A DNA stretch of 58,283 nucleotides from positions 1-58,283 of the forward strand of contig CAZPYP010000003.1 in NCBI GenBank assembly GCA_964590845.1, written 5' to 3'. The position numbers and the translations under genes were made by a program. Below the pieces are notes generated by a model. It saw only the letters and a list, made by a program, of their open reading frames with translations, was not told where the DNA came from and ran no database searches. Within the stretch, counting starts at the first letter, position 1. Every line of letters begins with the position of its first letter. Origin of the DNA: an uncultured Nitrospira sp. Its GTDB lineage: Bacteria; Nitrospirota; Nitrospiria; Nitrospirales; Nitrospiraceae. Shown here piece after piece: positions 36,055-45,669 of this stretch.

Positions 36055-37023
36055 CTACGGCAAGACTTTGGTGATGCGGCAGGCGTGGTTGCCCCGGAAG
36101 ACTCCGGGGCTGCCGAGGAATTTGCGGTACCCTTCGATGGCACATTCCATCGGATCGTCTGGGCGCTGATCCAGCACCACGACGTCCCCCGGAGCAAAAT
36201 TCAGGACGTCGCGCACGTTGACCGTCGCCGTGCCGAGTCGGACGGTGACCGTCAGGGGACATTCCTGCAGATTCTCGCGGAATCGGGCGCCCCAACTGCC
36301 GTCCTGCTCCACCTGGTCGGACACGAGGCCCGAATAGAGTTTTTCCTTGATGGGTTCGAGCATCGAATAGGGATAGACGACGAACAGTTCGCGCGTGGTT
36401 TCCCCCAGGATGACTTGCAGGGTGACGACGACCACGAGTTCCGATGCCGTGACGACCATGGCGAACTGCGGATTGCTTTCAGAACGGACGTGGGCGATTT
36501 TCACGCCCATCAACGCCTGCCAGGCTACCTCGAGATCGGCGAAGGCCTGGCCCACCAGTTTCTTGATCATCTGAACCTGGATGGGCGTGAAGTCGCGGCC
36601 CTCCGGCTTCACGTGGGTCTGCCCCTTGCCGCCGAAGTAATAGTCCACGATGAGATAGACGAGAAAGGCGTCCATCACGAGCAGGCCGTTGCCCCGCAAG
36701 GGCGCCATGTGAAAGACGCTGAGGGAAGACGGCAGGGGAATCTTCTTGAGGAACTCCCCGAACTTGATGATCTGGGTGCCGACGATGACGAAATCGACTT
36801 GGTCGCGCAGGGCGCTGGTCCAGGACACCGACTGTCGCCGAATGAACCGGTCGTTGATCAGCTCCAGCGTCGGCATCCGGCCCCGGATGATCCGCTCTTG
36901 ATTGAAGAGGTCGAACTTCTTGGTGCCGCTCGGTTCCTCTTCCTTCGGCGCCGTATCGACGTCGCCGGAGACGACGCCCTTCAGCAAGGCGTCGACTTCT
37001 TCCTGTGACAGTATCTTTTCCAT
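36055..37023 (-). CDS. fliM: C-ring switch protein FliM
   Basis: CheY-binding ILSQEEVDALL, RGRMPTLELINDRF, GRDFT. Confidence 0.97.
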   Translation of the reverse strand: MEKILSQEEVDALLKGVVSGDVDTAPKEEEPSGTKKFDLFNQERIIRGRMPTLELINDRFIRRQSVSWTSALRDQVDFVIVGTQIIKFGEFLKKIPLPSSLSVFHMAPLRGNGLLVMDAFLVYLIVDYYFGGKGQTHVKPEGRDFTPIQVQMIKKLVGQAFADLEVAWQALMGVKIAHVRSESNPQFAMVVTASELVVVVTLQVILGETTRELFVVYPYSMLEPIKEKLYSGLVSDQVEQDGSWGARFRENLQECPLTVTVRLGTATVNVRDVLNFAPGDVVVLDQRPDDPMECAIEGYRKFLGSPGVFRGNHACRITKVLP

Positions 37024-37041
37024 AGGGAAACGGCGGCGGCG

Positions 37042-37593
37042 CTACTGGACGACGAATTCCGTGAAATAGGCCGTCCGCACCGCCGCTTTCGGCAACAGGT
37101 CGTTGACGCGCTTAGTGATCTCGTCGCGCAACTGGAACTTGCCCTGCGGAGTCTTGACAGCCGCCGCCTCTTTGCTGCTCAACAACACCAGGATCGTGTC
37201 GCGGATCTGCGGGACTCGAGGGCCGAGTTCGGTCGCGGGATCCGCCGCGTCTACTTCGAGCTTGACGGTCAATTTGAGGTAGCGAATTTCCGGAGCGTCC
37301 GCGAGGTTGACGATGAAAGGATCGAGATCGAAGATCGCGCCCGGCGCCGATCCGTGGCCGCCGGAGGCCGGCTTGGCCGGCGCTTCTTCATGTCCGCCCT
37401 TCTTCTCCGGTGCCGCCTCGGCTTTATGTTCCTCTCCGCCCTGATGCCCGCCGCCCATGAGTTTCACCACGGCGAAGGCTCCGCCCAACCCCATGATCAA
37501 CGCCACCACACCGACGATGATCACGAGCTTCATCGGCAGGCCGCCTGGCGCCGGCGCCGCACCGCCTGCTTTCTCTTCCGCTGCATCCGACAT
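37042..37593 (-). CDS. fliL: Flagellar basal body-associated protein FliL
   Basis: N-terminal TM, LDPFIVNLAD...RYLK, IRDTIL, YFTEFVVQ. Confidence 0.93.
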   Translation of the reverse strand: MSDAAEEKAGGAAPAPGGLPMKLVIIVGVVALIMGLGGAFAVVKLMGGGHQGGEEHKAEAAPEKKGGHEEAPAKPASGGHGSAPGAIFDLDPFIVNLADAPEIRYLKLTVKLEVDAADPATELGPRVPQIRDTILVLLSSKEAAAVKTPQGKFQLRDEITKRVNDLLPKAAVRTAYFTEFVVQ

Positions 37594-37636
37594 ACGCTCC
37601 TCCTGTGACTAAACGGTTGTCGCGGCGTTGACTCTG

Positions 37637-37652
37637 TGCAATGCATATGCCA
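37637..37652 (-). promoter_or_regulatory. sigma54 promoter of fliL operon
   Basis: TGGCAT-ATGCA-TTGCA on minus strand. Confidence 0.82.
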
Positions 37653-37747
37653 TCGGAAGTTTGACGCAGCGCGAGACGCGCCGCGAGAATCGCCGCGTTT
37701 CACCGCTGCTGTTGCACAAGCTGCGCTGGGAACACCGCGACCGAGGC

Positions 37748-37778
37748 GTCAGATTCTTGACGCTGTCAGAGAGGTGAC
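37748..37778. promoter_or_regulatory. Two FleQ-like enhancer boxes
   Basis: GTCAGATTCTTGAC (37748-37761) and GTCAGAGAGGTGAC (37765-37778), about 100-125 bp upstream of the sigma54 site. Confidence 0.65.
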
Positions 37779-37832
37779 GCGCGACGCGCGGAAGCCGTGA
37801 AGCCGTGGGGGGGCAGAGAGGCGAGTCCGAGA

Positions 37833-37861
37833 GGAGCGGCGATCTCAGAGATCGCCGCTCC
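37833..37861 (-). terminator. Strong hairpin after flgE (terminator or mRNA stabiliser)
   Basis: GGAGCGGCGATCTC-A-GAGATCGCCGCTCC perfect inverted repeat about 10 nt after the stop; no clear U-tract. Confidence 0.6.
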
Positions 37862-37871
37862 GCCCCTTCAC

Positions 37872-39608
37872 CTACCGTTTCAGATTGACGAGTTCCTGAA
37901 GAATCTCGTCTGACGTCGTGATGACGCGCGAGTTGGCCTGGAACCCTCGTTGAGCCGCGATCATGTCGATGAAGCTCTCGCCGAGATCCACGTTTGACAA
38001 CTCCAGCGAATTGGAGAGGACCCGTCCGAGGCCGGCGCTGTCCGGAGTGCCGGTGACCGGCTGGCCGGAATTGCCCGACTGAGCGAAGGTGTTCTTCCCG
38101 GTCCTCGTCAACCCGATCGGGTCCGGAAAGCGGGCCAGCACTACCTGCGCAAGCGCTCGCAATTGACCGTTGGAGAAGCGCCCGTTGATGACGCCGTTCG
38201 AGTCGACCGAAAAGGCCTGCAGCGCGCCGGCTGCGTACCCGTCCTGCGTCTGCTGAACCAACGCCGAGTTGGAGCCGAACTGCGTGGTTCCGTCGAGTCC
38301 GCTTCCGCCGTCCGTGGTCACGCTCGTCCCGAAATTCATGACGATCAGCTGGTCGGCGGTCGCGCCGTTGAAGTCGATCTGCAACTGGCCCGGCGTGGCG
38401 CCGGGTGTTCCAGCGGCGGTGCCCGTATCGTACCGGGTCACGACGCTCTCACGATCGAGCGTGCCGTTCGTCGCAAACGTCAGCGTCCCGGACCCGACCC
38501 GCACGATGCCCAAAGTGGTGTCGATGTTGCTGCTGTGGTAATTGGCGGTCACGACGTCCGAGGTGGAGGCCACGACGTTGTAGTTCCAAGTATTGTCGCC
38601 GATTTTCGTGAAGTACGTCGTCAGCAGGTGGCTGTTTCCGAGCGAATCGAACGTCGTGATGGACGTGGAGAAATCCGACGTGGCGCTCGGATTGGACAAC
38701 AGAAAGTCCGTTCCCGCTGTTGACGTGCCGCCCGTCAAGTTGAGGTTGCCGGCGAGGGTATCGGCGCCGTTGGCGGCGACCACGACCGTCCCGGTTCCGG
38801 TGGATAAATTGTTGGTCGTGCCGGTGATGCCGGATCGGAACGTGAACACGTTCGCGGAATTCACCGTCGCCGTGAAGCCCGAGTAGGCCGAAGCTTTGAA
38901 CGGATCGTTGGGAATCAGCGCTCGGACGGCGTTTTGAACGGCCGTCGCCAAGGCCTGGCCGGTCAAGCCGTTGGCCACGGTGACCGTCCGAACCCCGTCT
39001 CCGTTCAAGTTGATGGTGAAGGAATTGTTGCCGGCCGCCGTGGTCGTCGTCGAAGCCGCGGACCCAACGAGGTTCCCGGCAAGCCCGGTCTGGGACGTCG
39101 ATGAATTTAGGTTGGCGGCGACGAACGCGGTCCCCGTCGCGCGCGGCGAGGCGGTCGTGGTCGGCAGCGAGATGTCGCCGATGGTGCCGGTGATCGTGCC
39201 GGTCGTGTCGGCGAGGAATCCTTGAAGCTTGAATCCCGTCGGATCGACGACGTTGTTGTTCTTGTCCAAACGGAACAGGCCGGCGCGCGAGTAGAACGTG
39301 CCGCCCTGCGCGTCTTCGACGACGAAAAATCCGTTGCCGTCGATGGCGATGTCCAACACGTTCGACGACGTCGCCAGCGACCCTTGCGAGAAGTTGCCCT
39401 GCACCGAGGTCAGCGCCACGCCGATGCCGGTCTGGATCGCGCCCGACCCTCCGGAGATGGACGAACTGATCAAATCCGCGAACGACGCCTTGCTGCTCTT
39501 GAAACCGACCGTGCTCAAATTGGCGATGTTGTTGCCGATGACGGAAAGCGCCGTGCCGTTGGCGTTCAATCCGCTCACTCCGGCGAACAATGAAGACAGA
39601 ATACCCAT
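37872..39608 (-). CDS. flgE: Flagellar hook protein FlgE
   Basis: SVIGNNIANLSTVGFK, FDSLGNSH, LELSNVDL...QRGFQANSRVITTSDEILQELVNLKR. Confidence 0.96.
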   Translation of the reverse strand: MGILSSLFAGVSGLNANGTALSVIGNNIANLSTVGFKSSKASFADLISSSISGGSGAIQTGIGVALTSVQGNFSQGSLATSSNVLDIAIDGNGFFVVEDAQGGTFYSRAGLFRLDKNNNVVDPTGFKLQGFLADTTGTITGTIGDISLPTTTASPRATGTAFVAANLNSSTSQTGLAGNLVGSAASTTTTAAGNNSFTINLNGDGVRTVTVANGLTGQALATAVQNAVRALIPNDPFKASAYSGFTATVNSANVFTFRSGITGTTNNLSTGTGTVVVAANGADTLAGNLNLTGGTSTAGTDFLLSNPSATSDFSTSITTFDSLGNSHLLTTYFTKIGDNTWNYNVVASTSDVVTANYHSSNIDTTLGIVRVGSGTLTFATNGTLDRESVVTRYDTGTAAGTPGATPGQLQIDFNGATADQLIVMNFGTSVTTDGGSGLDGTTQFGSNSALVQQTQDGYAAGALQAFSVDSNGVINGRFSNGQLRALAQVVLARFPDPIGLTRTGKNTFAQSGNSGQPVTGTPDSAGLGRVLSNSLELSNVDLGESFIDMIAAQRGFQANSRVITTSDEILQELVNLKR

Positions 39609-39654
39609 CGTTTAATCCTCCTTCTCTATGGCCACTCGCTCGATACCTGGCGGT

Positions 39655-40311
39655 TCAGTGAAATTCGATGATGTCCTTCGGGTCGAGTACAAAATTGCCG
39701 ACCATGACGCGCGGCTGATCCCCGTCGAGACGTACCCCCGTGACGTTCATGGTCGAGGTCGTGGCCGTCGCAATCTCCTTGCCCTTTGTATCCAGCGCCG
39801 TGACGGCAAACTGATACAGACCGGGCGCGGCGGCGTTGCCGTTCTGGTCCCGCCCATCCCAATTGACCCTTACGTCACCGGCCTGCTGCGGTCCCAACAC
39901 CATGGTGCGCACCACTTTCTTGGCGCCGTCGAGCACGGCGATGCCGACGGACGCCGCATCCTGCTCGAGGGTGAACTGCATGGGAACCGATTCTTTGTTG
40001 AGTTGGACCACGGCCCCGTTGAAGCGCACCTCCCGTCCGACCAGCGGCAGCATCGAGAACTGCAGACTGGCCGCCTGCGCCGAGATGTTCTGCTCGAGCA
40101 ATTTCACCTGTTTGGCGCTTTGTTCGAGCTGGCTGAATTGCGCCAGCTGCGCGACGAACTCCTGGTTCTCGACCGGCTTCAAGGGATCCTGGTTTTGCAG
40201 TTGCGTCACGAGCAGGCGGAGAAAATCGTCCTGTCCCAGTTCGCGTGGTTTCAAGGCGGTGTCCGCCGCTTGACTGATCGATCCGATTTCGCCGACTGTG
40301 CTCATCGTCAT
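39655..40311 (-). CDS. flgD: Hook capping protein FlgD
   Basis: [22 protein letters not shown]...[21 protein letters not shown]. Confidence 0.95.
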   Translation of the reverse strand: MTMSTVGEIGSISQAADTALKPRELGQDDFLRLLVTQLQNQDPLKPVENQEFVAQLAQFSQLEQSAKQVKLLEQNISAQAASLQFSMLPLVGREVRFNGAVVQLNKESVPMQFTLEQDAASVGIAVLDGAKKVVRTMVLGPQQAGDVRVNWDGRDQNGNAAAPGLYQFAVTALDTKGKEIATATTSTMNVTGVRLDGDQPRVMVGNFVLDPKDIIEFH

Positions 40312-40324
40312 GTCCTTCCTTCGA

Positions 40325-41836
40325 TTAGGCGAATACACTCAAGGCGCCGGCCTGCTCCCGCATCGGCCGTGCCGGCCGCCCTTGCCGCTCCGATTGCTGC
40401 TGTCCATGGGGCTGGTGGAACCGGGCATCCTGGCGGTACGCTGCCTCATACCCTTGATGCTGGCCGCCATGCCGGTCGACTTGGACCCGCAGTTGCCCCA
40501 GATCCAAGCCGGCGGTGGACAGTTGCGCTCCCAGGTGATCCTGCCGATCGACCAGAAGCCGGCCCAGGTCGGCGCGATCCGTCACCATGTGCGTGTGCAC
40601 GGTCTGATCGGCCAGTACGACACGCACGCGGAGCTGTCCGAAGTCGGTCGTCGGCAGGTCGAATTGAACGGACTTGCTGGTCGGATCGACCGGAATTTCA
40701 GGCTGAATTGGAACGGCTCGAGCCGGGGCTGCCGAGGGTGCCGGCACAGGAGATTCCGGGACCCCGACTTGCTGCGCCGAGGCCGTGGCCGGAATCGTGA
40801 ATGCCTGCTCCTGCATGGCGGCGGAGGGTTGAGACCCGGGCATCACGAAGGCGTTGGGGTTCTGCTGATCGAACTCTTGTCCGGACGGCGAGTCTCCGGT
40901 TTGCCCCTGGTCCGCATGAAGAACGGGGTGCCAGGCCTGCGCCTCGCCTCTCGCCGTCACGCTGCCGGTGGCGTCAGCAGGCGGAGCTTCCTCCTGTTGT
41001 ACCGCTTTTCCCTCGAGGCCCGTCGCATGCACTGACGATTGCACGGGTCCCGCCGGGTCGTTCAGCAAGCGGAAGACCGGGTCGGCCGCTGGTTGCGACG
41101 CGGAGGGTTCGATGGCCGATCGTTCTTGCGCTTGGATGGTCTGAGCGGTCGAGCGCCCTTCGACCTCTGCCGGGATCGTCGGTCCGGATTGCGCCGAGGT
41201 CGGTAGCCGATGGATGTGAGGAGCCTCCCCGGAATCCTCGCTCTGCAGCTGCTCCCCGGAAACGGTGAGCGGCGGCTGAGTGAACGTCGCCTGTTCAGAA
41301 CCGTCGTAGTCGGCGGAGAGAGACTGCCGTGGCTCGATCGTCAATCCGGCGCCCTGCTCAGCCGGCGCGGTGCCGGCTGCGCTTGGCGTCCATTCAGCGG
41401 TTGACAAGTCACCGGGCGCTTCGCTCGCCTTTTGTGCGCCGGCCAAAACCGGCGCCCCAGTCGGTGCCGTAGCCTGCGCCGGGAGCGCGAGCAGATCGGC
41501 TGGCGCCCCGGCCTCGCCCTCTGCCGACAGCGTGACCGCGTTCGCTGGATCTGTCGACGTCGCCTGCGGCGGCAGGAACAGCGCCGCCACGTGCAACGCC
41601 AGCGCGAGCGACTGCTCCGACGTCCCTTGGGTGTCGGCGGCCGTGTCATCGGACAGCGCCGTCTCGGCCCCCGCTTCGGACGCCGGGCCTGCTTCAATCT
41701 CTTCTAAGAATGACAAGAATCCTGGCCCGGAGGGTTCTCCGTCCGGCGAGCCCAGACGATCCGGCGAGGTTTGGAGACCGGCTCCTTCGCCTAGGACCTG
41801 TCCTGTCTGTGGAACGATCGCTGTGAACTGCATCAT
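40325..41836 (-). CDS. fliK: Hook-length control protein FliK
   Basis: Long A/P/Q/S-rich disordered region with C-terminal T3S4-like domain (FGQLRVRV...[12 protein letters not shown]); upstream of flgD. Confidence 0.8.
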   Translation of the reverse strand: MMQFTAIVPQTGQVLGEGAGLQTSPDRLGSPDGEPSGPGFLSFLEEIEAGPASEAGAETALSDDTAADTQGTSEQSLALALHVAALFLPPQATSTDPANAVTLSAEGEAGAPADLLALPAQATAPTGAPVLAGAQKASEAPGDLSTAEWTPSAAGTAPAEQGAGLTIEPRQSLSADYDGSEQATFTQPPLTVSGEQLQSEDSGEAPHIHRLPTSAQSGPTIPAEVEGRSTAQTIQAQERSAIEPSASQPAADPVFRLLNDPAGPVQSSVHATGLEGKAVQQEEAPPADATGSVTARGEAQAWHPVLHADQGQTGDSPSGQEFDQQNPNAFVMPGSQPSAAMQEQAFTIPATASAQQVGVPESPVPAPSAAPARAVPIQPEIPVDPTSKSVQFDLPTTDFGQLRVRVVLADQTVHTHMVTDRADLGRLLVDRQDHLGAQLSTAGLDLGQLRVQVDRHGGQHQGYEAAYRQDARFHQPHGQQQSERQGRPARPMREQAGALSVFA

Positions 41837-41886
41837 CGACAATCCATCGTGAATGATCGGTTCGAGATCAACCGCTGCGAGAGTTA

Positions 41887-41902
41887 TTCAAACCGTGTGC
41901 CA
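41887..41902 (-). promoter_or_regulatory. sigma54-like promoter of fliK-flgD-flgE
   Basis: TGGCAC-ACGGT-TTGAA on minus strand, about 50 nt upstream of fliK. Confidence 0.65.
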
Positions 41903-42112
41903 TGCCGACCGTTGAAGAAACGACGCGCGTTTTCGCGGATCCGAACGCGCACCGGTCTCTTCTGAGGTGCAGACTAGGCAGGATATGCTGAGCGGCTAGG
42001 AAACTCTTTCCCGGTCGATACCGCTCATGAAGGGAAAGGCGTCGTAAGCGCGAAGAGTGGGGCCGCCGCATCGAGGCGGTATCCGGCCTGCAACGATTCC
42101 GTTGAGGAGAGA

Positions 42113-42892
42113 TTACGGAGTGGCGAGCAGTTGTTCCGTCAGCTTGGCGGCGCGTTCGGGCTTGATGGTGGCAAGAATGGCTCCGGCCGTTTTGCCTTTG
42201 AGGAGCCGCAGCACTTCGATGGCCTTCCGATCCGGCATCTTTTCCAAACGGGCGGCGGCCTCCTCGGACGGCATGCTCTCGAACATCTTGGCCAATTGCG
42301 CTTGATGCTGGTTCCGCAGCTCCGTCGCTTCCTGTTCTTGTTTGACCTTCTTTTCCATCGCGGTCTTGTCGAGTTTGTCCTTCGCCTCTTTGCGCCGCTT
42401 GTCCGACGCCTCGACCAGCTTCTCGTATTTGGTCAGAATCTGTTCGAGTTCGGCCTTCAGCATGGTCAGCCGATCCTCCGCGTTCTTGACGGATTCTTCG
42501 CGGCGATCCAAGTCGCGCTTCCGCTGATCGAGCATGCTGATGACTTCGTGCGGCACCCCCAAGGCCGGCCCTTCGGGAGACGGCGGTTCCTGTGGTTTTT
42601 CCTTGCTCGATGGCGACTTGCTTTGAACCTCTGCCGGCGGCGCCAGGGGATCGGACCCCGCCACCGGCTCTTTCACGATCGGCTCGCGAGAGGACGGCAC
42701 GGGCACGGAAGGCGGCGTCAGCGAAGCAGGAACCGCCGAGGCGGAATTCGAAGAAGCCTGCACGAGAAATTCGATCCCCCAGGACGTGAGAACCGCCGCC
42801 GCACCCACCATGCCGAGCAGGACGGGACGCCACCCGTGAGGCGGTTTCCTGGCGGCCGGCTTCGGATTGAGATGTTCATGCCACTGCCTCAT
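42113..42892 (-). CDS. MotE/YlxF/FlbB-like flagellar protein (TM, Pro-rich linker, coiled coil, MgtE-N-like domain)
   Basis: QLAKMFESMPSEEAAARLEKM...AGAILATIKPERAAKLT; follows fliJ. Confidence 0.78.
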   Translation of the reverse strand: MRQWHEHLNPKPAARKPPHGWRPVLLGMVGAAAVLTSWGIEFLVQASSNSASAVPASLTPPSVPVPSSREPIVKEPVAGSDPLAPPAEVQSKSPSSKEKPQEPPSPEGPALGVPHEVISMLDQRKRDLDRREESVKNAEDRLTMLKAELEQILTKYEKLVEASDKRRKEAKDKLDKTAMEKKVKQEQEATELRNQHQAQLAKMFESMPSEEAAARLEKMPDRKAIEVLRLLKGKTAGAILATIKPERAAKLTEQLLATP

Positions 42893-43326
42893 GCGACACC
42901 CTTCTCGTTCGCCGCCCGTCTGGCGGCGATCTCGTCCATCAATTGTTGCGCCCTGCGATCCTGGGTTGCGCGCTGCTCTCGTTCGCGGCGCGCTTCCAAC
43001 ATCTCCAACTTCTTCCGCTCACGGGAGGCCTCGATGACCTCGCTCCGCTTCCGCTCCACCGCCGCTTGCAGCGCCGTCTCTTCGGCTTTGGCCTTGGCGA
43101 GGCGCGCGGCCAGGGCATCCATGTTCGCCAGCGCGAGCGCCGCCTCTTCCGGCCCGATGCCGGCCGCGCTTTGCGCCAGAAACGCCTGCGCCTGCCGTTC
43201 CTCATCCGCCTCCAGCCGCGCCCTGGTGGTTTGTGCCTGTTCGCACGCGTTGATCAGCTCGATGCATTCGGCCTGGAGGCGGTCCTCCACGTGGGCGCGG
43301 TAATTTTTGAGGGCGCCCACGTTCAT
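42889..43326 (-). CDS. fliJ: Flagellar export protein FliJ
   Basis: ALKNYR..., coiled coil, ERKKLEML...QQLMDEIA; coupled after fliI. Confidence 0.85.
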   Translation of the reverse strand: MNVGALKNYRAHVEDRLQAECIELINACEQAQTTRARLEADEERQAQAFLAQSAAGIGPEEAALALANMDALAARLAKAKAEETALQAAVERKRSEVIEASRERKKLEMLEARREREQRATQDRRAQQLMDEIAARRAANEKGVA

Positions 43327-44660
43327 TTGGTGGCTTGCTCCAGTTGGTAGAGCGCCTCGACCGACCCGCGCCAGTCAGCCCTAGTGTCGGGATCCTGCCG
43401 CAGGAACTGCGTGAACGACTCATGATGCGCCACGGCTTTGTCCAACTGTTTGTTGGCGCCGGGTTTGTAGGCTCCCAGCGTGATCAAGTCTTCCGAGCGT
43501 TGGTAGATCGCCGTCAGTTCCACGATACGCCGGGCGGCGGCGTAGTGCGCGGCGGGGACGATGTCGCGCATGACGCGGCTGGCGCTCTGCAGAATATCGA
43601 TCGCCGGATACTGGTTGCGGGCGGCCAAGTCCCTCGACAGCACGATGTGGCCGTCGAGAATAGAGCGGACGCTTTCGGCAATCGGATCGGACAACTCATC
43701 CCCGTCGACGAGCACCGTGTACAGTCCGGTAATGGAACCCGCCCCGCCGCAGGTCCCCACACGCTCCAACAGTTTCGGCAGGAGCGCGAACACGGACGGT
43801 GTGTACCCCTTCGTGGTCGGCGGCTCGCCGGTGGCCAGCCCCACCTCCCGCTGCCCATAGGCCAGACGGGTCAGGGAATCCATCATCAGGAGCACCTGTT
43901 TTCCGCCGTCGCGGAAGTACTCGGCAATGGCCGTCGCCAACAGAGCGCCGCGGATGCGGACCAACGGCGGTTGATCGGAAGTGGCCACGATGACGACCGA
44001 ACGCCGCAGCGCCTCGGACGTCATGTCCCGTTCCAAGAATTCTTTCACCTCACGGCCTCGCTCGCCGATGAGCGCGATGACGTTGACATCCGCCGCGGTA
44101 TAACGACTGATCATGCCGAGCAAGACACTTTTGCCCACGCCGGAGGTCGCGAAAATGCCCATGCGCTGTCCGACGCCGCAGGACAGCAGCGCGTTGAGCG
44201 CCCGGACTCCGAGATCCAACGGTTGGGCGATCCGCGCCCGTTGCAGCGGATCCGGCGGCGGCGCGTGGAGCGGATAGAGCCGCTCCGCGACGACCGGGCC
44301 CCGGCCGTCGATCGGGTCACCGAGTCCGTTCAAGACTCGCCCGAGGAGGGCCGGTCCTACCGCCACTTCCGCCGCCCGACCTTTCAAGAGAAGACGGCTG
44401 CCGGGACCGATGCCTTGCGTTTCGCCCAAGGGCATCAAGAGGATCCGATCGCCGCGGAAGCCGACCACCTCGGCCAGCACTGATCCTTGTCCCTGTTCCT
44501 TGGTGATTTCGCAGATCTCGCCGATCGACGTCATCGGGCCGTACCCTTCGATCACGATACCGACGGCTTGGGCGACACGCCCGTGCACGGCCATCGACTC
44601 GACGGCGTCCAAGGCGTCAACGACTTTCACGGCCACCTCTGGCTTGAATCGCTTCGCCAA
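43323..44660 (-). CDS. fliI: Flagellum-specific ATPase FliI
   Basis: GIFATSGVGKS, LIGERGREVKEF, MMDSLTR, GEPPTTKGYTPS. Confidence 0.96.
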   Translation of the reverse strand: MAKRFKPEVAVKVVDALDAVESMAVHGRVAQAVGIVIEGYGPMTSIGEICEITKEQGQGSVLAEVVGFRGDRILLMPLGETQGIGPGSRLLLKGRAAEVAVGPALLGRVLNGLGDPIDGRGPVVAERLYPLHAPPPDPLQRARIAQPLDLGVRALNALLSCGVGQRMGIFATSGVGKSVLLGMISRYTAADVNVIALIGERGREVKEFLERDMTSEALRRSVVIVATSDQPPLVRIRGALLATAIAEYFRDGGKQVLLMMDSLTRLAYGQREVGLATGEPPTTKGYTPSVFALLPKLLERVGTCGGAGSITGLYTVLVDGDELSDPIAESVRSILDGHIVLSRDLAARNQYPAIDILQSASRVMRDIVPAAHYAAARRIVELTAIYQRSEDLITLGAYKPGANKQLDKAVAHHESFTQFLRQDPDTRADWRGSVEALYQLEQATK

Positions 44661-45669
44661 GCTTCAGTAGTTGGACTTCCAGCGTCGCGTCAACCATCCG
44701 GCTGTTGGTTTGGACGAGGCAGCCTCCCGGCGCGATCTGGGCGTCCGCCGAGCACAGGAACGTCACGTTGCCTTCGCAGGAGGCGCCAAGCCGCTCGCGG
44801 GCCGCTTCCACCGCCGCCAAATCTCCTGGATGTACGAGGATCTGCACCGTGCCTCCTTCCGGAACATGGCTCAGCGCCGCCCGCACCTGCTCCAGCACCA
44901 ATTCTTTGGTGGTGTCGCCGAGCCGTCGAACGATCTTGGAGGCGATGCCGAACGCCAAGGCCGCGACGTCGTCCTCGACAGAGCGATGCAATACCTTCCA
45001 CCGCTCCTCCAGGCGTTGAGTCAAAGCGCACAGCACCGCCAGCTCACGCTCCTTCGCCACACCCACCCGCTGCGCCGCGCGACGTTCGCCTTCAGCCAGC
45101 CCGCGCTCGTAGTCCGTCAATCCGTCCGGCCCTTCGATCCGCCCGCCGTTGCCGAAGTCCGCCAGCGCCAGATTCTGCAGGCGCACCGTCCCCGATTGCA
45201 CCAACTTGTGCTTGAGGACCGCGTTTTCCTGTCGGAGACGCCGAAGGTCGGCCAGCCGCTTGACCGTCAGCGTCACCACGTCCGGCAGGAACGGTTTGGT
45301 CAGAAAGTCCGCCGCGCCGGCCTTCATGGCGTCGACGGCCAGGTCGACGCTGCCGTATCCGGTCATCGTGACCGCCATCAGCTTGGCATCCAGTGCGAAC
45401 GCCTGTTTCATCAACGAGATGCCGTCGGTGTCGGGGAGCTTGATATCGGTGATCATGAGATCGCTGGGCCGCGTCTTCAGCTGCGCGAGCGCTTCGCTGC
45501 CGCTGCCGGCGAGCGACACGAGATACCCCGCGTCGCGGAGCATCGTCCCCAGCAATTCTCGGATCGACGGCTCGTCGTCCACCACGAGCACGGTGCGCAG
45601 CGCGCTGTCGGCAGCCGCCGCGCGGTGGACGGAGGCCCGACCGGGCTGAACACTTCCCATCGCCGGCAT
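44617..45669 (-). CDS. fliH: Receiver (REC) domain-FliH fusion protein
   Basis: N-term VLVVDDE...ITDIKLPDTDG...MTGYGS...FLTKPF; C-term YERGLAEG, IASKIV, VHPGD, DAQIAPGGCLVQTNSRMVDAT; between fliG and fliI. Confidence 0.88.
   Translation of the reverse strand: MPAMGSVQPGRASVHRAAAADSALRTVLVVDDEPSIRELLGTMLRDAGYLVSLAGSGSEALAQLKTRPSDLMITDIKLPDTDGISLMKQAFALDAKLMAVTMTGYGSVDLAVDAMKAGAADFLTKPFLPDVVTLTVKRLADLRRLRQENAVLKHKLVQSGTVRLQNLALADFGNGGRIEGPDGLTDYERGLAEGERRAAQRVGVAKERELAVLCALTQRLEERWKVLHRSVEDDVAALAFGIASKIVRRLGDTTKELVLEQVRAALSHVPEGGTVQILVHPGDLAAVEAARERLGASCEGNVTFLCSADAQIAPGGCLVQTNSRMVDATLEVQLLKLGEAIQARGGRESR

Noticed and set aside
41868-42833. 321-aa alternative-frame ORF spanning the motE-like gene and the fliK promoter region
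   Set aside because: Off-frame, compositionally non-protein-like, and overlaps the sigma54 promoter and enhancer region
43323-44660. FliI Walker A reads ATSGVGKS rather than AGSGVGKS
   Set aside because: Still matches [AG]x4GK[ST]; other catalytic motifs are intact
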